A stretch of DNA of 64,000 nt from Octopus sinensis (taxonomy: Eukaryota): the NCBI RefSeq assembly GCF_006345805.1, contig NC_043024.1, positions 4,402,001 through 4,466,000 of the forward strand, given 5' to 3'. The notes beneath the pieces were generated by a model, which did not search any database, was not told where the DNA came from, and worked only from the letters and a program-made list of their open reading frames with translations. This document shows positions 1-12,384 of this stretch, piece after piece; the first letter of the stretch is position 1; every line of letters begins with the position of its first letter. The position numbers and the translations under genes are program-made.

Positions 1-10
1 TTGTAAAAGT

Positions 11-1100
11 TATCAATATGAAAATTATTACACCATGACAACAATTATGAATATTTTGTCTGTTAAAAGACTAGATTTATTCCTGTTCAAGTTTGACCGT
101 ATCAACTTAAATTTCATCATTAGCAATTTGATATTAACGAACTCCAACTTCAATATCATTTATATATCTAAATATATCAACACAGAGATGACTTTGGTTT
201 CTGAAGAGGATTTTGCTGGATTTTTGAGGAATTTGTTATGAGAGAATAAAGGAATGGGAATAAGGAATAAAAGTTTTAAGTGACATTGATTTTGTCTTTG
301 TTGTGTTTTCATCATCATCATCTAACTTCCATTTTTAGCATACGTCTTCTATGCAGGCTTGGATGGGAAAGTGTGACATGAGCTGTTAAGCCAAGTGCTT
401 TTCCAGATTTGGCTGTGTCCCTTAAGATACATGGTGTATTTTATAAATATGCCTGTTCATGTATCATAACAGCATGAAACTAGTGGTAGCTCTCTCGGTT
501 ATGTATTTAATTTGATATGTGTGTGTGTTTCTGAACACAGTGACAGTCTGGTGACTAAAATAAGTGTATACTAATCTCGTATTTTGAGTCTGGGGCAGAA
601 GTATGGACTCCCTTTTACAGAGAAATAAAAAAAAACTTGAAACTTTCCACATGTGCTGTTTGTGCAACAAAATAGCAAGATAAGACATCAAATGTCAAAA
701 CCTTAGAAATATGTGGTATGTCCAGCATCCAAAGCGTGTTGATGAGAATTCAGTGCAGATGGTTAGGACATGTTTTTCAAATGAAAAATGGCTGCATTAA
801 AAAAAATTCTTCTTTATGGCCAAAAAATGGATGGATATCATGGCAGAGGAAGACCTGTCCTTAGGTATAAGGATAAGCCGAAGCAATCAATAAAGTCTCT
901 AGAGTTTGATTTGACATGTTGGGGAAAGTCATTGCCTGGATCCACTTCCATGGTGTAAAATTTCTGGCTCTAGACAAATGGTGTAAATCTGATTTAGGTG
1001 TATTTACACCATTTCTCTTCAACAAGAAATTTTCTCCATGACAAAACAAAGTGAATGACCTGTGCATGAGTTCAAAACTGCCTCTGGCATATTCGACATT
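11..1100 (+). repeat. 3' UTR/downstream region of a preceding ZNF paralog; duplicate of 7045-8145
   Basis: Colinear high similarity to the sequence directly after the stop of the 4651-7041 gene. The chance ORFs 35-241/7052-7276, 464-691/7563-7757 and 861-1067/7927-8145 are paralogous. Confidence 0.9.
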
Positions 1101-1107
1101 TTATTTA

Positions 1108-1425
1108 TACACACCATTGCCCCCGTATTTTGTTTAAAATGTTAAACATGAAGTCAGAGCTAGGGATAGTGCACCTGGTATTGCGAGTAGATGGCTTCCA
1201 GAGGAGAAGAGTAGAAATTACCTCGTTTTCAGCTCTACAACAATGTCCAGCAAACTGGACTCTTCTACCTTTCACAAGAGATGACACAGGTGGCAGTTTC
1301 CCATATATTTGTACTTTGGTTGAATGATGTTTCCACGAGAGATTTTGAGCTCTCGTAAGGAGGCGAGTGTAGGTTCCATCCAACCGCCTCTCAAGCTTCT
1401 TTGATAACGTCCAGAAGTGCTGCAA
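1108..1425 (-). mobile_element. RTE-clade LINE fragment (region C-terminal to RT)
   Basis: ORF 1105-1482 contains WTLSKKLERRLDGTYTRLL...SW...RRVQFAGHC, typical of the post-RT region of RTE LINEs. Confidence 0.75.
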
Positions 1426-1783
1426 AGTGTTTTTGGAATGGGAGCTATTAATGGAGAATAGTACAGCTTTTTGCACCATCATTCAATTTAATTTAAGGCT
1501 GAGAGGCAACGAATCTACCGCATGGAGGCAGTCTTTGAGCCTGTTCCACAGACAGCCATATTCCGGTACAAATAGGGACACCGCAGCAGCTGGAGGAGGA
1601 AGGGGTTGCATCGGTACAGGCCATAGACAAAGTTGGGGGAAGCCCCAAATGCATGTGTGGGGCTTTCCCAAGCACTTATAACAGACGAACTGCACACCGT
1701 AATTTCACTGCAGGCTAGCATTTAAGCTTCTCTGCGGAGAAGGGGCATCTATTTAGGCGGGAGAAAAATGTGACAATTTACAT

Positions 1784-2404
1784 CAGTGGTTCTCAACTGG
1801 GGCCTACACTGCCCCTCAAGGTCCAATATAGCATTGAGGGGATTACACAACAAAATATTAGGGGAAAGCATAATTGTATTTTAAGGGCCATCATAAAAGT
1901 TTTGCTTTCTTCTACTATAGCTTCGAGCCGACCAAAGCCTTGTGAGTGGATTTGGTAGACGGAAACTAAAAGAAGCCTATATATATATTTGTGTGTCTGT
2001 GTTTGTCCCCCTAGCATTGCTTGACAACCGATACTGGTGTGTTTATGTCCCCGTTACTTAGCGGTTCGGCAAAAGAGACCGATAGAATTAGTACTGGGCT
2101 TACAAAAGAATAAGTCCCGGTATCGAGTTGCTCGATTAAAGGCGGTGCTCCAGCATGACCGCAGTCAAATGACTGAAACGAGCAAAAGAGAAAGAGAGAT
2201 GTTATGTTTTGCAAGAAACAGGTTTCTTTCTCCAACATTTTACACATTTTAGGAAACCTACATCTGCTAATTTGTGAAAAGCTAACGAGGAATTTTGAAA
2301 GTAAGCATGAAACTAGTTTTTAAACATCAAATGGCTATGGGTGTCCACCAGAATAGAATACTACTCAAAGGGGTCCGTAGGAAAGAAGTGGTTGAGAACC
2401 CCTG
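1784..2404. mobile_element. hAT-type MITE with nested SINE
   Basis: TIRs CAGTGGTTCTCAAC / GTTGAGAACCCCTG; 8-bp TSD atttacat / atttccat (7/8 match). The 5' part is also seen at about 9954. Confidence 0.8.
1910..2198 (+). mobile_element. SINE family A (tRNA head, internal microsatellite), 5'-truncated
   Basis: Matches fuller copies at 23876-24257, 32717-32993 and 47568-47952; tail GGCGGTGCTCCAGCATG...TGACTGAAAC. Confidence 0.8.
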
Positions 2405-2457
2405 ATTTCCATGGCCAATGGTATTTGTCTTCACAGTGTGTAGCTGATTGAAAAGCA

Positions 2458-2878
2458 AGGATCTTTTCGGTTTGACCGGCAGTCTTTTCTAGCGGTGGCA
2501 TATGAAATTGTCACCCATAATTATGACCCTAGTATCGATCTATTGCATTTTAATCTGTTTTAGGGTTAGGGGTGAGAGGAAGGGTATCTTTTTTTCTTCT
2601 GAACTGTAAATAAACCCAATCTGTTTCTTAAACGAGGGATATATTCATACGGCACAGAATGTTTTTTTAAGCCTCAATAAACGTCATTGATTGGTTGAAA
2701 TAGCAGAAATTGAAGAAAAAAGAACAACAAATATCTTACAAACTATAGAATCTTCTCAATAAAGCCAAGAGAAAAAGATGTTTGATTAGCACATTCTACC
2801 AGTATACGAAGTTTCAAAGTGTTTAGTTACGTGGAAATTATTTTTAAAAACTGCCGGTCAAACCGAAAAGGGACAAAG
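2458..2878. mobile_element. MITE with GGATCTTTTCGGTTTGA termini
   Basis: TIRs ggatcttttcggtttgaccggcag / ctgccggtcaaaccgaaaagg. Related copies at about 10100, 11652, 13790, 24470, 48790 and 49284. Confidence 0.8.
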
Positions 2879-2899
2879 AAAATCACTGGAACGAAATCG

Positions 2900-3055
2900 T
2901 TTAGTCAGTGGAGCCATCTATTGGAAAATTAAAGAAATACAACCATATAAAGGGAAATAACTTCTACAACACTCCAAACCACGTGCTCCCTATAAATTAT
3001 TAATTAAGGTGCTTAATTACTGATCACTGACTCGTTGTTTGTATCTGAATACGGT
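2900..3055 (+). promoter_or_regulatory. Putative promoter/non-coding exon 1 of ZNF gene 1, with splice donor at 3054
   Basis: ACG|GTAAGT donor; module duplicated at 10465-10890; matching acceptor (long pyrimidine tract + TTTCAG) at 4205-4206. No transcript evidence. Confidence 0.5.
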
Positions 3056-3492
3056 AAGTTGACAAAGATTTACTTTAAGGCTGTAATGATAATAATAATA
3101 ATGTAAATTATAGAATTCTGTGACCCTTTCGATGTTACAGTAATTATTTGGAAGGCATAACAATAGGGAAATGTATTTGCTCGTCTTAATTAATGATTTC
3201 CGAAGTGAAATGTTGATTTGTTGTTAGTGAAAACCTATTATCAACTGTTACATGTGATATAAAGTAAATTAATTAGTAAAATGAGAGTATTGTGGTATAA
3301 TTAATTAGTAAAATCCAGAGTAATGTAGCGTAATTAATTTGTAAAATTAGAGGACTATCATTTTACTACGGTTAATGTGATGAAGGCTGTCACATTAATA
3401 AACGTTGGCCTGTTGTTTATGAGGCCCTGATTAATCGGTAAGTTGGCGAGGATTTCTTCTAAGGTTATATTAATAATAGTAATGATGATGAT

Positions 3493-4155
3493 CGTTTCAG
3501 ATTTTGCCAGTCGAATACATAGAACCCAGTATTTCCCGAAAGGGATGAAAGGCAAAGTTGACGTCGGCCGTCTTTGAATTCAGGACTTTCCGCTGAGGTC
3601 GACTTCGACTTTCATTCGTTTCTGGTGCATAAAATAATAATGGTGATGATGATGATGATATCAATTTTTAGTACTTTAAAGGCACCAAGCTGGCAGAAAC
3701 GTTAGCACGCAGGGCGAAATGCTTAGCGGTATTTCGTCTGCCACCACGCTCTGAGTTTAAATTCCGTCGAGGTCGACTTTGCCTTTCATCCTTTCGGGGT
3801 CGATAAATTAAGTATCTGTTGCGCACTGAGTTGAGGTAATCGACTTAATCCGTTTGTCTGTCCTTGTTTAGCCCCTTGTGGGCAGTAAAGAAATAAGAAA
3901 CGTAAGTACGGTATTTCGTGTGTCTTTACGTTCTGAGTTCAAATTCCGCCTACGTGGACTTTGCGTTTTATCCTTTCGGTGTCGATAAATTAAGTACCAG
4001 TTGTGCACTGATGTCGGTCTCATCGACTGGTTCCCACCGCAAAAATTTCGGACTTTGTGCCTAAAGTAGAAAAGAATCTTTAGTACATGAGACACAATGT
4101 CTGAAATTTGGCGGCAGAATGTAGGTCGATTCAATGGAACCCAGCGCGTTACTGC
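3493..4155. mobile_element. Cluster of SINE family B copies/fragments in the putative intron
   Basis: AGCTGGCAGAAACGTTAGCACG...GAGGTCGACTTTGCCTTTCATCCTTTCGGGGTCGATAAA core recurring in both orientations; also at 43368, 48060 and 51545. Confidence 0.75.
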
Positions 4156-4650
4156 TTCTTCTTCTTCTTCTTCTTCTTTATCTTACTGCTTCTTTTTCTA
4201 TTTCAGAATATCACTTCATGTTGACATGAAAGAAATTTCTTCATTCAGATGTACCTCTGGTATTTTTATTGACTTTTATGGATCAAAGGAAGACCATATT
4301 TTTATAACGCACGTTCATCAATACTTCAACCTCTTTATATGAATAAAATCTTCATCAAACGATGGGAAAATATTTCTTCTGGACAATGCAATTAACAACA
4401 ATATTTTTTTGCCTTCACTGTCTGGAATGTAGAGGAGATAATCAATTTACAGATTAATTAAGCGTTGATGACTTTTCAAATGAGTTAGCAGTTTACATCT
4501 TGTGTTTTAGATATTCAGTAAGATCACATATGAAAGAATTGTAGCATTAAATTATTCTCTGAAAATAGTGACACAACTGAACACAACCATATTCATGGAA
4601 ATGAAAAGAACACTATCATTGTGATATGTTTGAAAAATTATTCTCTCGTA

Positions 4651-7041
4651 ATGAATGATTTTACTAAACGAAAAAACCCTGAAGTAAGAGAGCCATATCA
4701 CTGTGATATCTGTGGTAATTCATTTGGTGAAGAAAGAGTCTTAGCTAAACACAAGTGCATTGATACAGGAGAGAAATCACATCACTGTGATATCTGTGGT
4801 AAATCATTTGGTGAAGAAAGAGTCTTAGCTAAACACAAGTGCATTGATACAGGAGAGAAACCACATCACTGTGATATCTGTGGTAAATCATTTTCTAGAA
4901 GTGGAACTTTAACTCGTCACAAACGTATTCATACAGGAGAAAAACCGTTTCAGTGTGATATCTGTGGTAAATCATTTTCTCAAAGAGGTGACTTGCCTAA
5001 ACATAAACGTACTCATACTGGTGAGAAACCATTTTATTGTAATATCTGTGGTAAATTGTTTTCTGGAAGTAGTGACTTGACTAAACATAAACGTACTCAT
5101 ACAGGAGAGAAGCCATATTATTGTAATATCTGTGGTAAAACATTTTCTGAAAATAGCACTTTAACTTGTCACAGACGTATTCATACAGGAGAGAAGCCGT
5201 ATCATTGTAATATCTGTGGTAAATCATTCTCTTCAAATAGCTATTTGATTTGTCACAAACGTATTCATACAGGAGAGAAGCCTTATCATTGTGATATCTG
5301 TGGTAAAACATTTTCTCAAAATAGCCACTTAACTATACACAAATATATTCATACCGGTGAGAAGCCGTATCATTGTAATATCTGTGGTAAATCATTTTCT
5401 TGTAATAGTCATTTGACTTGTCACAGACGTACACATACAGGAGAGAAGCCATATCACTGTGATGTCTGTGGTAAATCATTTTCTTGTAATGGTGGCTTGA
5501 CTGTCCATAAACGTACACATACAGGAGAGAAGCCATATAACTGTGATGTCTGTGGTAAATCATTTTCCCAAAATGGCATTTTAACTTGTCACAGACGTAT
5601 TCATGCTAGGGAAAAACCATACGAGTGTGATATCTGTGGTAAATCATTCGCTACGAATAGCTCTTTGATTAGTCACAAGCATATTCATACTGAGGAAAAA
5701 CCATTTGTATGTGAAATTTGTCGGAATTCATTTTCTCAAATCAGTGCTTTAAATAATCACAGACGTATTCATACAGGAGAGAAACCATATCGTTGTAATA
5801 TTTGTGGTAAATCATTCCTTACAAATAGTCATTTGAGTAGTCACAAATGTTTTAATGGGAAAAAACCATATCAGTGTAATATCTGTGGTAAATCATTCTC
5901 TGCAAACAGCCATTTGACTAATCACAAGCGCGTTCATACAGGAGAGAAGCCGTATCATTGTAATATCTGTGGTAAGTCATTCTCTACAAATAGCCATTTG
6001 ATTAATCACAAACGTATTCACACTGAGGAAAAACCTTATCAGTGTGATATCTGTGGTAAATCATTCTCTCAGTACAGTACTTTAAACAATCACAGACATA
6101 TTCATAGCGGTGAAAAACCATATCAGTGTAATATCTGTGGTAAATCATTCTCTGCAAACAGCCATTTGACTAATCACAAGCGCGTTCATACAGGAGAGAA
6201 GCCGTATCAGTGTAATATCTGTGGTAAATCATTCCTTAGAAATAGTTATTTGACTGGTCACAAATTTATTCATACTGGTGAAAAACCATATCAGTGTGAT
6301 ATCTGTGGTAAATCATTTTCCCAAAAGAGCAGTTTACCTAGTCACAGGCGTAGTCATACAGGAGAGAAGCCATACCATTGTGATATCTGTAGTAAATCAT
6401 TCTCTTCAAAAAACTATTTGATTAGTCACAAACGTATACATACTGAGGAAAAGCCATATGCATGTGAAATTTGTGGTAAATTATTTTCTCACAACATTAC
6501 TTTAAATAATCACAGACGTATTCATACAGGAGAGAAGCCATATTGTTGCAATATCTGTGGTAAATCATTCCTTACAAATAGTCAGTTGACTAGTCACAAA
6601 TTTATTCATACTGGTGAAAAACTATATCGTTGTGATATCTGTGGTAAATCGTTTTCTCATAATACCACTTTGACTAGTCACAGACGTATTCATACAGGAG
6701 AGAAGCCGTATCATTGTGATATCTGTGGCAAATCATTCTCTAGAAATAGTGACTTGACTATCCATAAACGTATTCATACAGGAGAGAAGCCATATCATTG
6801 TGATATCTATGGTAAATCGTTTTCTCGAAATAGCAGTTTAACTAGTCATAGACGTATTCATACAGGAGAGAATCCGTATCATTGTGATATCTGTGGTAAA
6901 TCATTCACTGCAAACAGTCATTTGACTAATCACAAGCGCGTTCATAAGGGAGAGAAGCCATATCATTGTGATATCTGTGGTAAATGTTTCTCTCAAAAAG
7001 GCTACTTAAATACTCATGTGAATATTCATACACAGGTGTAA
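4651..7041 (+). CDS. C2H2 zinc-finger protein (gene 1): 24 canonical + 4 degenerate fingers, no effector domain
   Basis: Uninterrupted ORF with 28 repeats of C-x2-C-x12-H-x3-H and TGEKP linkers. First ATG at 4651 (the ORF track starts at GTG 4621). Confidence 0.93.
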   Translation: MNDFTKRKNPEVREPYHCDICGNSFGEERVLAKHKCIDTGEKSHHCDICGKSFGEERVLAKHKCIDTGEKPHHCDICGKSFSRSGTLTRHKRIHTGEKPFQCDICGKSFSQRGDLPKHKRTHTGEKPFYCNICGKLFSGSSDLTKHKRTHTGEKPYYCNICGKTFSENSTLTCHRRIHTGEKPYHCNICGKSFSSNSYLICHKRIHTGEKPYHCDICGKTFSQNSHLTIHKYIHTGEKPYHCNICGKSFSCNSHLTCHRRTHTGEKPYHCDVCGKSFSCNGGLTVHKRTHTGEKPYNCDVCGKSFSQNGILTCHRRIHAREKPYECDICGKSFATNSSLISHKHIHTEEKPFVCEICRNSFSQISALNNHRRIHTGEKPYRCNICGKSFLTNSHLSSHKCFNGKKPYQCNICGKSFSANSHLTNHKRVHTGEKPYHCNICGKSFSTNSHLINHKRIHTEEKPYQCDICGKSFSQYSTLNNHRHIHSGEKPYQCNICGKSFSANSHLTNHKRVHTGEKPYQCNICGKSFLRNSYLTGHKFIHTGEKPYQCDICGKSFSQKSSLPSHRRSHTGEKPYHCDICSKSFSSKNYLISHKRIHTEEKPYACEICGKLFSHNITLNNHRRIHTGEKPYCCNICGKSFLTNSQLTSHKFIHTGEKLYRCDICGKSFSHNTTLTSHRRIHTGEKPYHCDICGKSFSRNSDLTIHKRIHTGEKPYHCDIYGKSFSRNSSLTSHRRIHTGENPYHCDICGKSFTANSHLTNHKRVHKGEKPYHCDICGKCFSQKGYLNTHVNIHTQV

Positions 7042-7044
7042 CGA

Positions 7045-8145
7045 TATCAATATGAAAATTTATTACAACAGGACAACAATTGTGAATATTTTGTCTGTTA
7101 AAAGACTAGATTTATTCCCCTTCAAGTTTGACCTCATCAACTTTAATTTCATCATTAGCAATTTGATATTAACGAACCCCAACTTCAATATCATTTATAT
7201 TTCTAAATATATCAACACAGAGATGACTTTGGTTTCTGAAGATGATTGTGCTGGATTTTTGAGGAATTTGTTATGAGAGAATAAAGGAATGGGAATAAGG
7301 AATAAAAGTTTTAAGTGACATTGATTTTGTCTTTGTTGCGTTTTCATCATCATCATCATCATCATCATCCTTTACCATCCGTTTTGTATTCAGGCATGGA
7401 TGGTAACGTGTGACAGGTGCTGGCAAGCCAGAGTTCTGCTCCAGGTTCCAGTCAGATTTGGCTTGGTTTCTTTGGCTGTATGCCCTTAAGATACATGGTG
7501 TATTTTATAAATATGCCTGTTCATGTATCAAAACAGCATGAAACTAGTGGTAGCTCTCTCGGTTATGTATTTGATTTGATATGTGTGTGTGTGTTTGTGA
7601 ACACAGTGACAGTCTGGTGACTAAAATAAGTGTATACTAATCTCGTATTTTGAGTTTGGGGCAGAAGCATGGACTCCCTTTTACAGAGAAATATAAAAAA
7701 ACTTGAAACTTTCCACATGTGCTGTTTGTGCAACAAAATAGCAAGATAAGACATCAAATGTCAAAATCTTAGAAATATGTGATATGTCCAGCATCCAAAG
7801 CGTGTTGATGAGAATTCAGTGCAGATGGTTAGGACATGTTTTTCAAATGACAAATGATTTCATTAAAAAAAATTCTTCTTTATGGCCAAAAAATGGATGG
7901 ATATCATGGCAGAGGAAGACCTGTCCTTAGGTATAAGGATAAGCCGAAGCAATCAATAAAGTCTCTAGAGTTTGATTTGACATGTTGGGGAAAGTCATTG
8001 CCTGGATCCACTTCCATGGTGTAAAATTTCTGGCTCTAGACAAATGGTGTAAATCTGATTTAGGTGTATTTACACCATTTCTCTTCAACAAGAAATTTTC
8101 TCTATGACAAAACATGGTGAATGAGTTCGAATCTGGCACTGACAT
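7045..8145 (+). repeat. 3' UTR/downstream module of gene 1, including an old antisense RTE-like tail (about 7345-7495)
   Basis: Paralogous to 11-1100; (CAT)n followed by a degenerate RTE-tail sequence. Confidence 0.8.
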
Positions 8146-8277
8146 TCTTAGAATGGAAATAACATTTTACTTATAAACATCACTGCTTAGTTCTCCTACC
8201 TTGTTTAAAAAGTAAAACACCAAGGGAGGGCCAGAGATTTTGCACCTGTGTATCCACAATATATACTGACATATACA

Positions 8278-8535
8278 TCTCTATATATACAAAACTGAGA
8301 ATGTGTGTTTCCCTAAAACTTGAGAACTACACAACTAATTTCATTCAAATTTTACACATGCCTTACTTAGGGTCCATGTAGTTTCATGGGTAAAAAAAAT
8401 GTTCAACTTCTTGCCTAGGGCGAGCCCATAGCAATATCATATCTTCTCCACTATTTCAGTATTATGTGTTAAACTGTACACACATATATACATGCACTAG
8501 GACTATGACCCGACAACGACGGGTCATAATGCTAG
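8278..8535 (+). mobile_element. Non-autonomous Helitron
   Basis: A|TCTCTATATATAC 5' end; subterminal hairpin TATGACCCG-acaacga-CGGGTCATA (8504-8528); 3' CTAG|T; no TSD. Confidence 0.85.
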
Positions 8536-9442
8536 TTTTTACTAAAGTAAATACAGATTTCTCCTTTCAGTTATGCATACATCCATAAATACCTCACTGA
8601 ATCCACAATGTGTCATGAAAGTCAAACTGGACTACATTCACTGCATGCATTCCACTTGGATTACAGACTTGAAATCCGAACGAATGGAAGTTTCCAAGTT
8701 AGGCAAAGAATAATTAATAACAAGAATGGGCTTTAGTCCAGTACTGCTGTTTCTGACATATTCTTTACTGATTAACAAAAGTGTAACATTCTACAAAAAA
8801 ACCGTTTTAATCAGGTGAATAAAGGTAAGAATTAAAAATCAGAACTTCCAAAAAACTGAACCTGGTCCCTGATGATTCAACTGACCTGATTTCGCCAGGA
8901 GAGTGACTAGGTTCTGCCTTACTAAGTTTATATTAACCCTTTTGTTGCCAACCCGGCTGAAACTGGCTCTGGCAATGAGTACAAATGTCTTGTTTTCATA
9001 AGTTTTGAATTGAAATCTTCCACCAAACCTTAGTCACAATTTATGTTCCTAACACTAGCTTAATGATAACTAAGTTATTTTACTAAATTTTTGTTATATT
9101 TATAATTAATTGAAAGAAACACAACACAGGTAGAGAATGGGGCAGATGGAGAGAGAAATGAAACGGAAGCAGTGATATTTGAGCTCATAAAGGGCTGTAG
9201 GGTAAAACAAAGGGTTGAAAAGTTGGATTAGCAAGAGGTTATCCATTGATGCGACACACTCTTGGGGAAAGGTACACCTTGCAATGGTGGATTGTGGACC
9301 TGGGTGGATGGCGTCATGGAGGGAAATCAGGGTGGTAATGCTGCGGAAGGGCTGCAATCAGTGTGTTTGGAATGGGGGCTTTTAGATGAGCTATTAAGGG
9401 ACAATAGTACAGCTTTTTGCACCATCACTCAATCAAATTTAA

Positions 9443-9663
9443 CCCTTTAGCATTCAGATTTCTTTGTGAAATTTATTGCCTATTTAATTCATACTGTTTT
9501 GAATTAATCACATATTATTTTGCAACCTCAAAATTTAAATGGTGAGGCTATATATTTTTAAAATGACATTGTAGGGTAGGTGTGAGAGGTTGGATCCAGA
9601 CAGTTTTAACATAAAACAGGTGGAATAATTGGGCTGGTTATGGCCGAATTAAATGCTAAAGTG
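9443..9663. mobile_element. piggyBac-type MITE
   Basis: TTAA|CCCTTTAGCATT...AATGCTAAAGTG|TTAA. The paralogous site near 1490-1497 lacks the insertion (empty site). Confidence 0.85.
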
Positions 9664-10464
9664 TTAAGGCTGAGAGGCAACGAATATGCCGCATGGAGGC
9701 AGTCTTCGAGTTTGTTCTGCAGACAGCCATATTCCTGTACGAATGGGGACACTGCAGCAGCTGGAGTTGGAAGGGGTTACATGGTACAGGCCATAGACAA
9801 AGTTGGGTGAAGCCCCCAAATGCTAGTGTGGGACATTCCCAATCACCGATAACAGATGAACTGCACAGAGAAATGTCGCTGTGGGTGGCTATTAAGTTGG
9901 TCTGCAGAGAAGGGCCATCCGGTTAGGTAGGAGAAGGATCTGACAATTTATATCAGTGGTTCTCAACTCAGGTCCACACAGCCCCCTAAGGGTCCTATAT
10001 AAGATTGAGTGGGATTATGCAACAAAATATTATGGAGAACCATAATTATATTTTAAAGGCATTCGAAAAAATTTTGCTTTATGAACATAACTGATATGTA
10101 CTATGTCATAAATAACAGGGACAATTTCATATGACACTAGAAATAATTGTTGTTGACAACTATCCGGACAAATTGGATTCACCTCAAGAGACGTCATTGA
10201 TTGGTTGAAATTGCCGAAATGCAAGAAATTAAACAACAAATAGCTTACAAACTATAGAATTTTTTCTCAATAAAGCCAAGAGAAAAAGATGTTTTATAAA
10301 CACATTCTACCAGTATACGAAGTTTAAAAGTGTTTATTTACAAAGAAATTATTTTAAAAATCTGCCGTTCAAACCGAAAAGATCCTACGTGAGTAATCGT
10401 TGTTAAAATAATCTGGTGTAATTTTGCGAAGTGGTTGTCAGAAAAACACTGAAACGAAATCAAC

Positions 10465-10890
10465 CAGTCAGTGGAGCCATCTATTGGAGAATTAGATAAA
10501 GGGAAATAACTTCTACAACCCTTTAAACCACGTGGTCCTTGTAAATTATTAATTAAGGTGCTTAATTAGTGATCGCTGACTCGTTGTTTGTATCTGAATA
10601 CGGTAAGTTGACAAAGATTTACTTTAAGGCTGTAAACGTGATACTACTACTACTACTAATAATAATGTAATAATAGGATTATGTGAACCTCTTGATCGTA
10701 AAGTAATTATTTCGAATCGGAAACTTAACAAAATTAGGAAAATTATATTTGCTCGTCTTAATTAATAATTTCCAAGCTGAAATGTTGATCTGTTGTTTAT
10801 GGAAACCTATGATCGACTGTTACATGGGATATAAAGGAAATTAACGGGTAAAATGTAAGTAATATGGCATATTTAATTAGTAAAATTAGT
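10465..10890 (+). promoter_or_regulatory. Orphan duplicate of the gene-1 promoter/exon-1 module
   Basis: Colinear with about 2900-3330, including the donor ACG|GTAAGT at 10603. No CDS follows before the gap. Confidence 0.65.
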
Positions 10891-10903
10891 AAAAATTAGT
10901 AAA

Positions 10904-11271
10904 AGCTAGGGATAGTGCACCTGGTATTGCGAGTAGATGGCTTCCAGAGGAGAAGAGTAGAAATTACCTCGTTTTCAGCTCTACAACAATGTCCAGCAAA
11001 CTGGACTCTTCTACCTTTCACAAGAGATGACACAGGTGGCAGTTTCCCATATATTTGTACTTTGGTTGAATGATGTTTTCACGAGAGATTTTGAGCTCTC
11101 GTAAGGAGGCGAGTGTAGGTTCCATCCAACCGCCTCTCAAGCTTCTTTGATAACGTCCAGAAGTGCTGCAAAGTGTTTTTGGAATGGGAGCTATTAATGG
11201 AGAATAGTACAGCTTTTTGCACCATCATTCAATTTAATTTAAGGCTGAGAGGCAACGAATCTTCCGCATGG
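10904..11271 (-). repeat. Near-identical copy of 1158-1525 (RTE fragment plus junction) at the contig end
   Basis: Only 2 differences seen over 368 bp; ends at the N-gap. Confidence 0.9.
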
Positions 11272-11371
11272 NNNNNNNNNNNNNNNNNNNNNNNNNNNNN
11301 NNNNNNNNNNNNNNNNNNNNNNNNNNNNNNNNNNNNNNNNNNNNNNNNNNNNNNNNNNNNNNNNNNNNNNN
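11272..11371. other. Assembly gap (100 N)
   Basis: Run of exactly 100 N. Confidence 1.
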
Positions 11372-11393
11372 GCTTTGTTTAGTAACACAGATG

Positions 11394-11466
11394 TGGAGAC
11401 ACATGGCCTAGTGGTTAGAGCAGTGGACTCGCGGTCGAGGGATCGCGGGTTCGAATTTCAGACTGG
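11394..11466 (+). mobile_element. tRNA-derived SINE head (tRNA-Arg-like)
   Basis: A box TGGCCTAGTGG, B box GGTTCGAATT, TCG in the anticodon-like position; acceptor stem does not pair. Confidence 0.55.
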
Positions 11467-11651
11467 AAGTCATGCCGCATTTCTGAAGCAATGAATAAAA
11501 AAATATTATGAATATATATATATATATATATCTTTTTTCCTTATTTTACTTAAATCGTTCATTTTCTTCATCACAATACACATCCTTTACAATTATTCCT
11601 AATATTTCTTTTCTTTTCTGCCTTTTTAAATTATTGACAAGACTTCATAAG

Positions 11652-12384
11652 GATCTTTTCCTTTTGAACGGCAGTTTGTAACATAATTTCTAGGTAACTA
11701 AAAAGTTTTAAACTTCGTATACTGGTAGAATGTGTTTATAAAACATCATTTTCTCTTGGTTTTATTGAGAAAATTGTATAGTTTGTAAGATATTTCGTCT
11801 GAAAATCCGAGCATTTCGGCGATTTTAACCATTCAATTACCTCCATTCAACTAAAATCATTTGCTGCATCCAAAACTGAGACAACATCCTGTAACTAACC
11901 ATAAACCTTCCCCTAACCCTAACACTAAATTTTTTTCTTAATTGTTAAATTAATTTAATTGTTACGCGTGTAAAAAAAACTAAAACAATGGAAAATAACT
12001 TAAGCAAGCGTGTGTATAAAATTATAGAATTATTTTGTTTGTTAATTATTTAAATTATTTGCCATTCCTTTAGTTTTTTTTTACACGCGTAACAATTAAA
12101 TTAATTTAAAAATTAAGAAAAAAAAATTTAGGATTTGGGGTAGGTTTAGGGTTAGTTACAGGATGTTGTCTCAGTTTTAGACGCAGCAAATGATTTTAAC
12201 TGTAAAGAGAGCATAGGATAATTAAAATTCGAAAAATTAAACTACGTTAAACAAACAGATTACAATTTTCTCAAGAAAGCCAAGAGAAAAAAATGTTTTA
12301 TTTTGACACATTCTACCAGTATACGAAGTTTTAAAGTTAACTAGAAATTGTCTGCTGTTCAAAAGGAAAAGATCATTTCATATA
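11652..12384. mobile_element. Almost fully palindromic MITE (GGATCTTTT family)
   Basis: TIRs ggatcttttccttttgaacggcag / ctgctgttcaaaaggaaaagatc; internal arms 11860-11990 and 12060-12200 are inverted copies. Confidence 0.8.

Noticed and set aside
5081-5563. Repetitive ORFs of the [10 protein letters not shown]...YEYVC type (also at 15441, 33433, 45794, 53534)
   Set aside because: They are the opposite-strand shadow of the 84-bp finger repeats, not independent genes.
4700-7020. Conserved repeat / variable spacer pattern resembling a CRISPR array
   Set aside because: 84-nt in-frame coding periodicity of C2H2 fingers; eukaryotic context and no cas genes.
9680-9900. RNase H-like peptide (WVK...GH...DEL) in the GC-richer segment shared with 1500-1770
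   Set aside because: The similarity is too weak to call by eye; it needs an HMM search.
11394-11466. Functional tRNA-Arg gene
   Set aside because: The acceptor and anticodon stems do not pair; it fits a SINE head.
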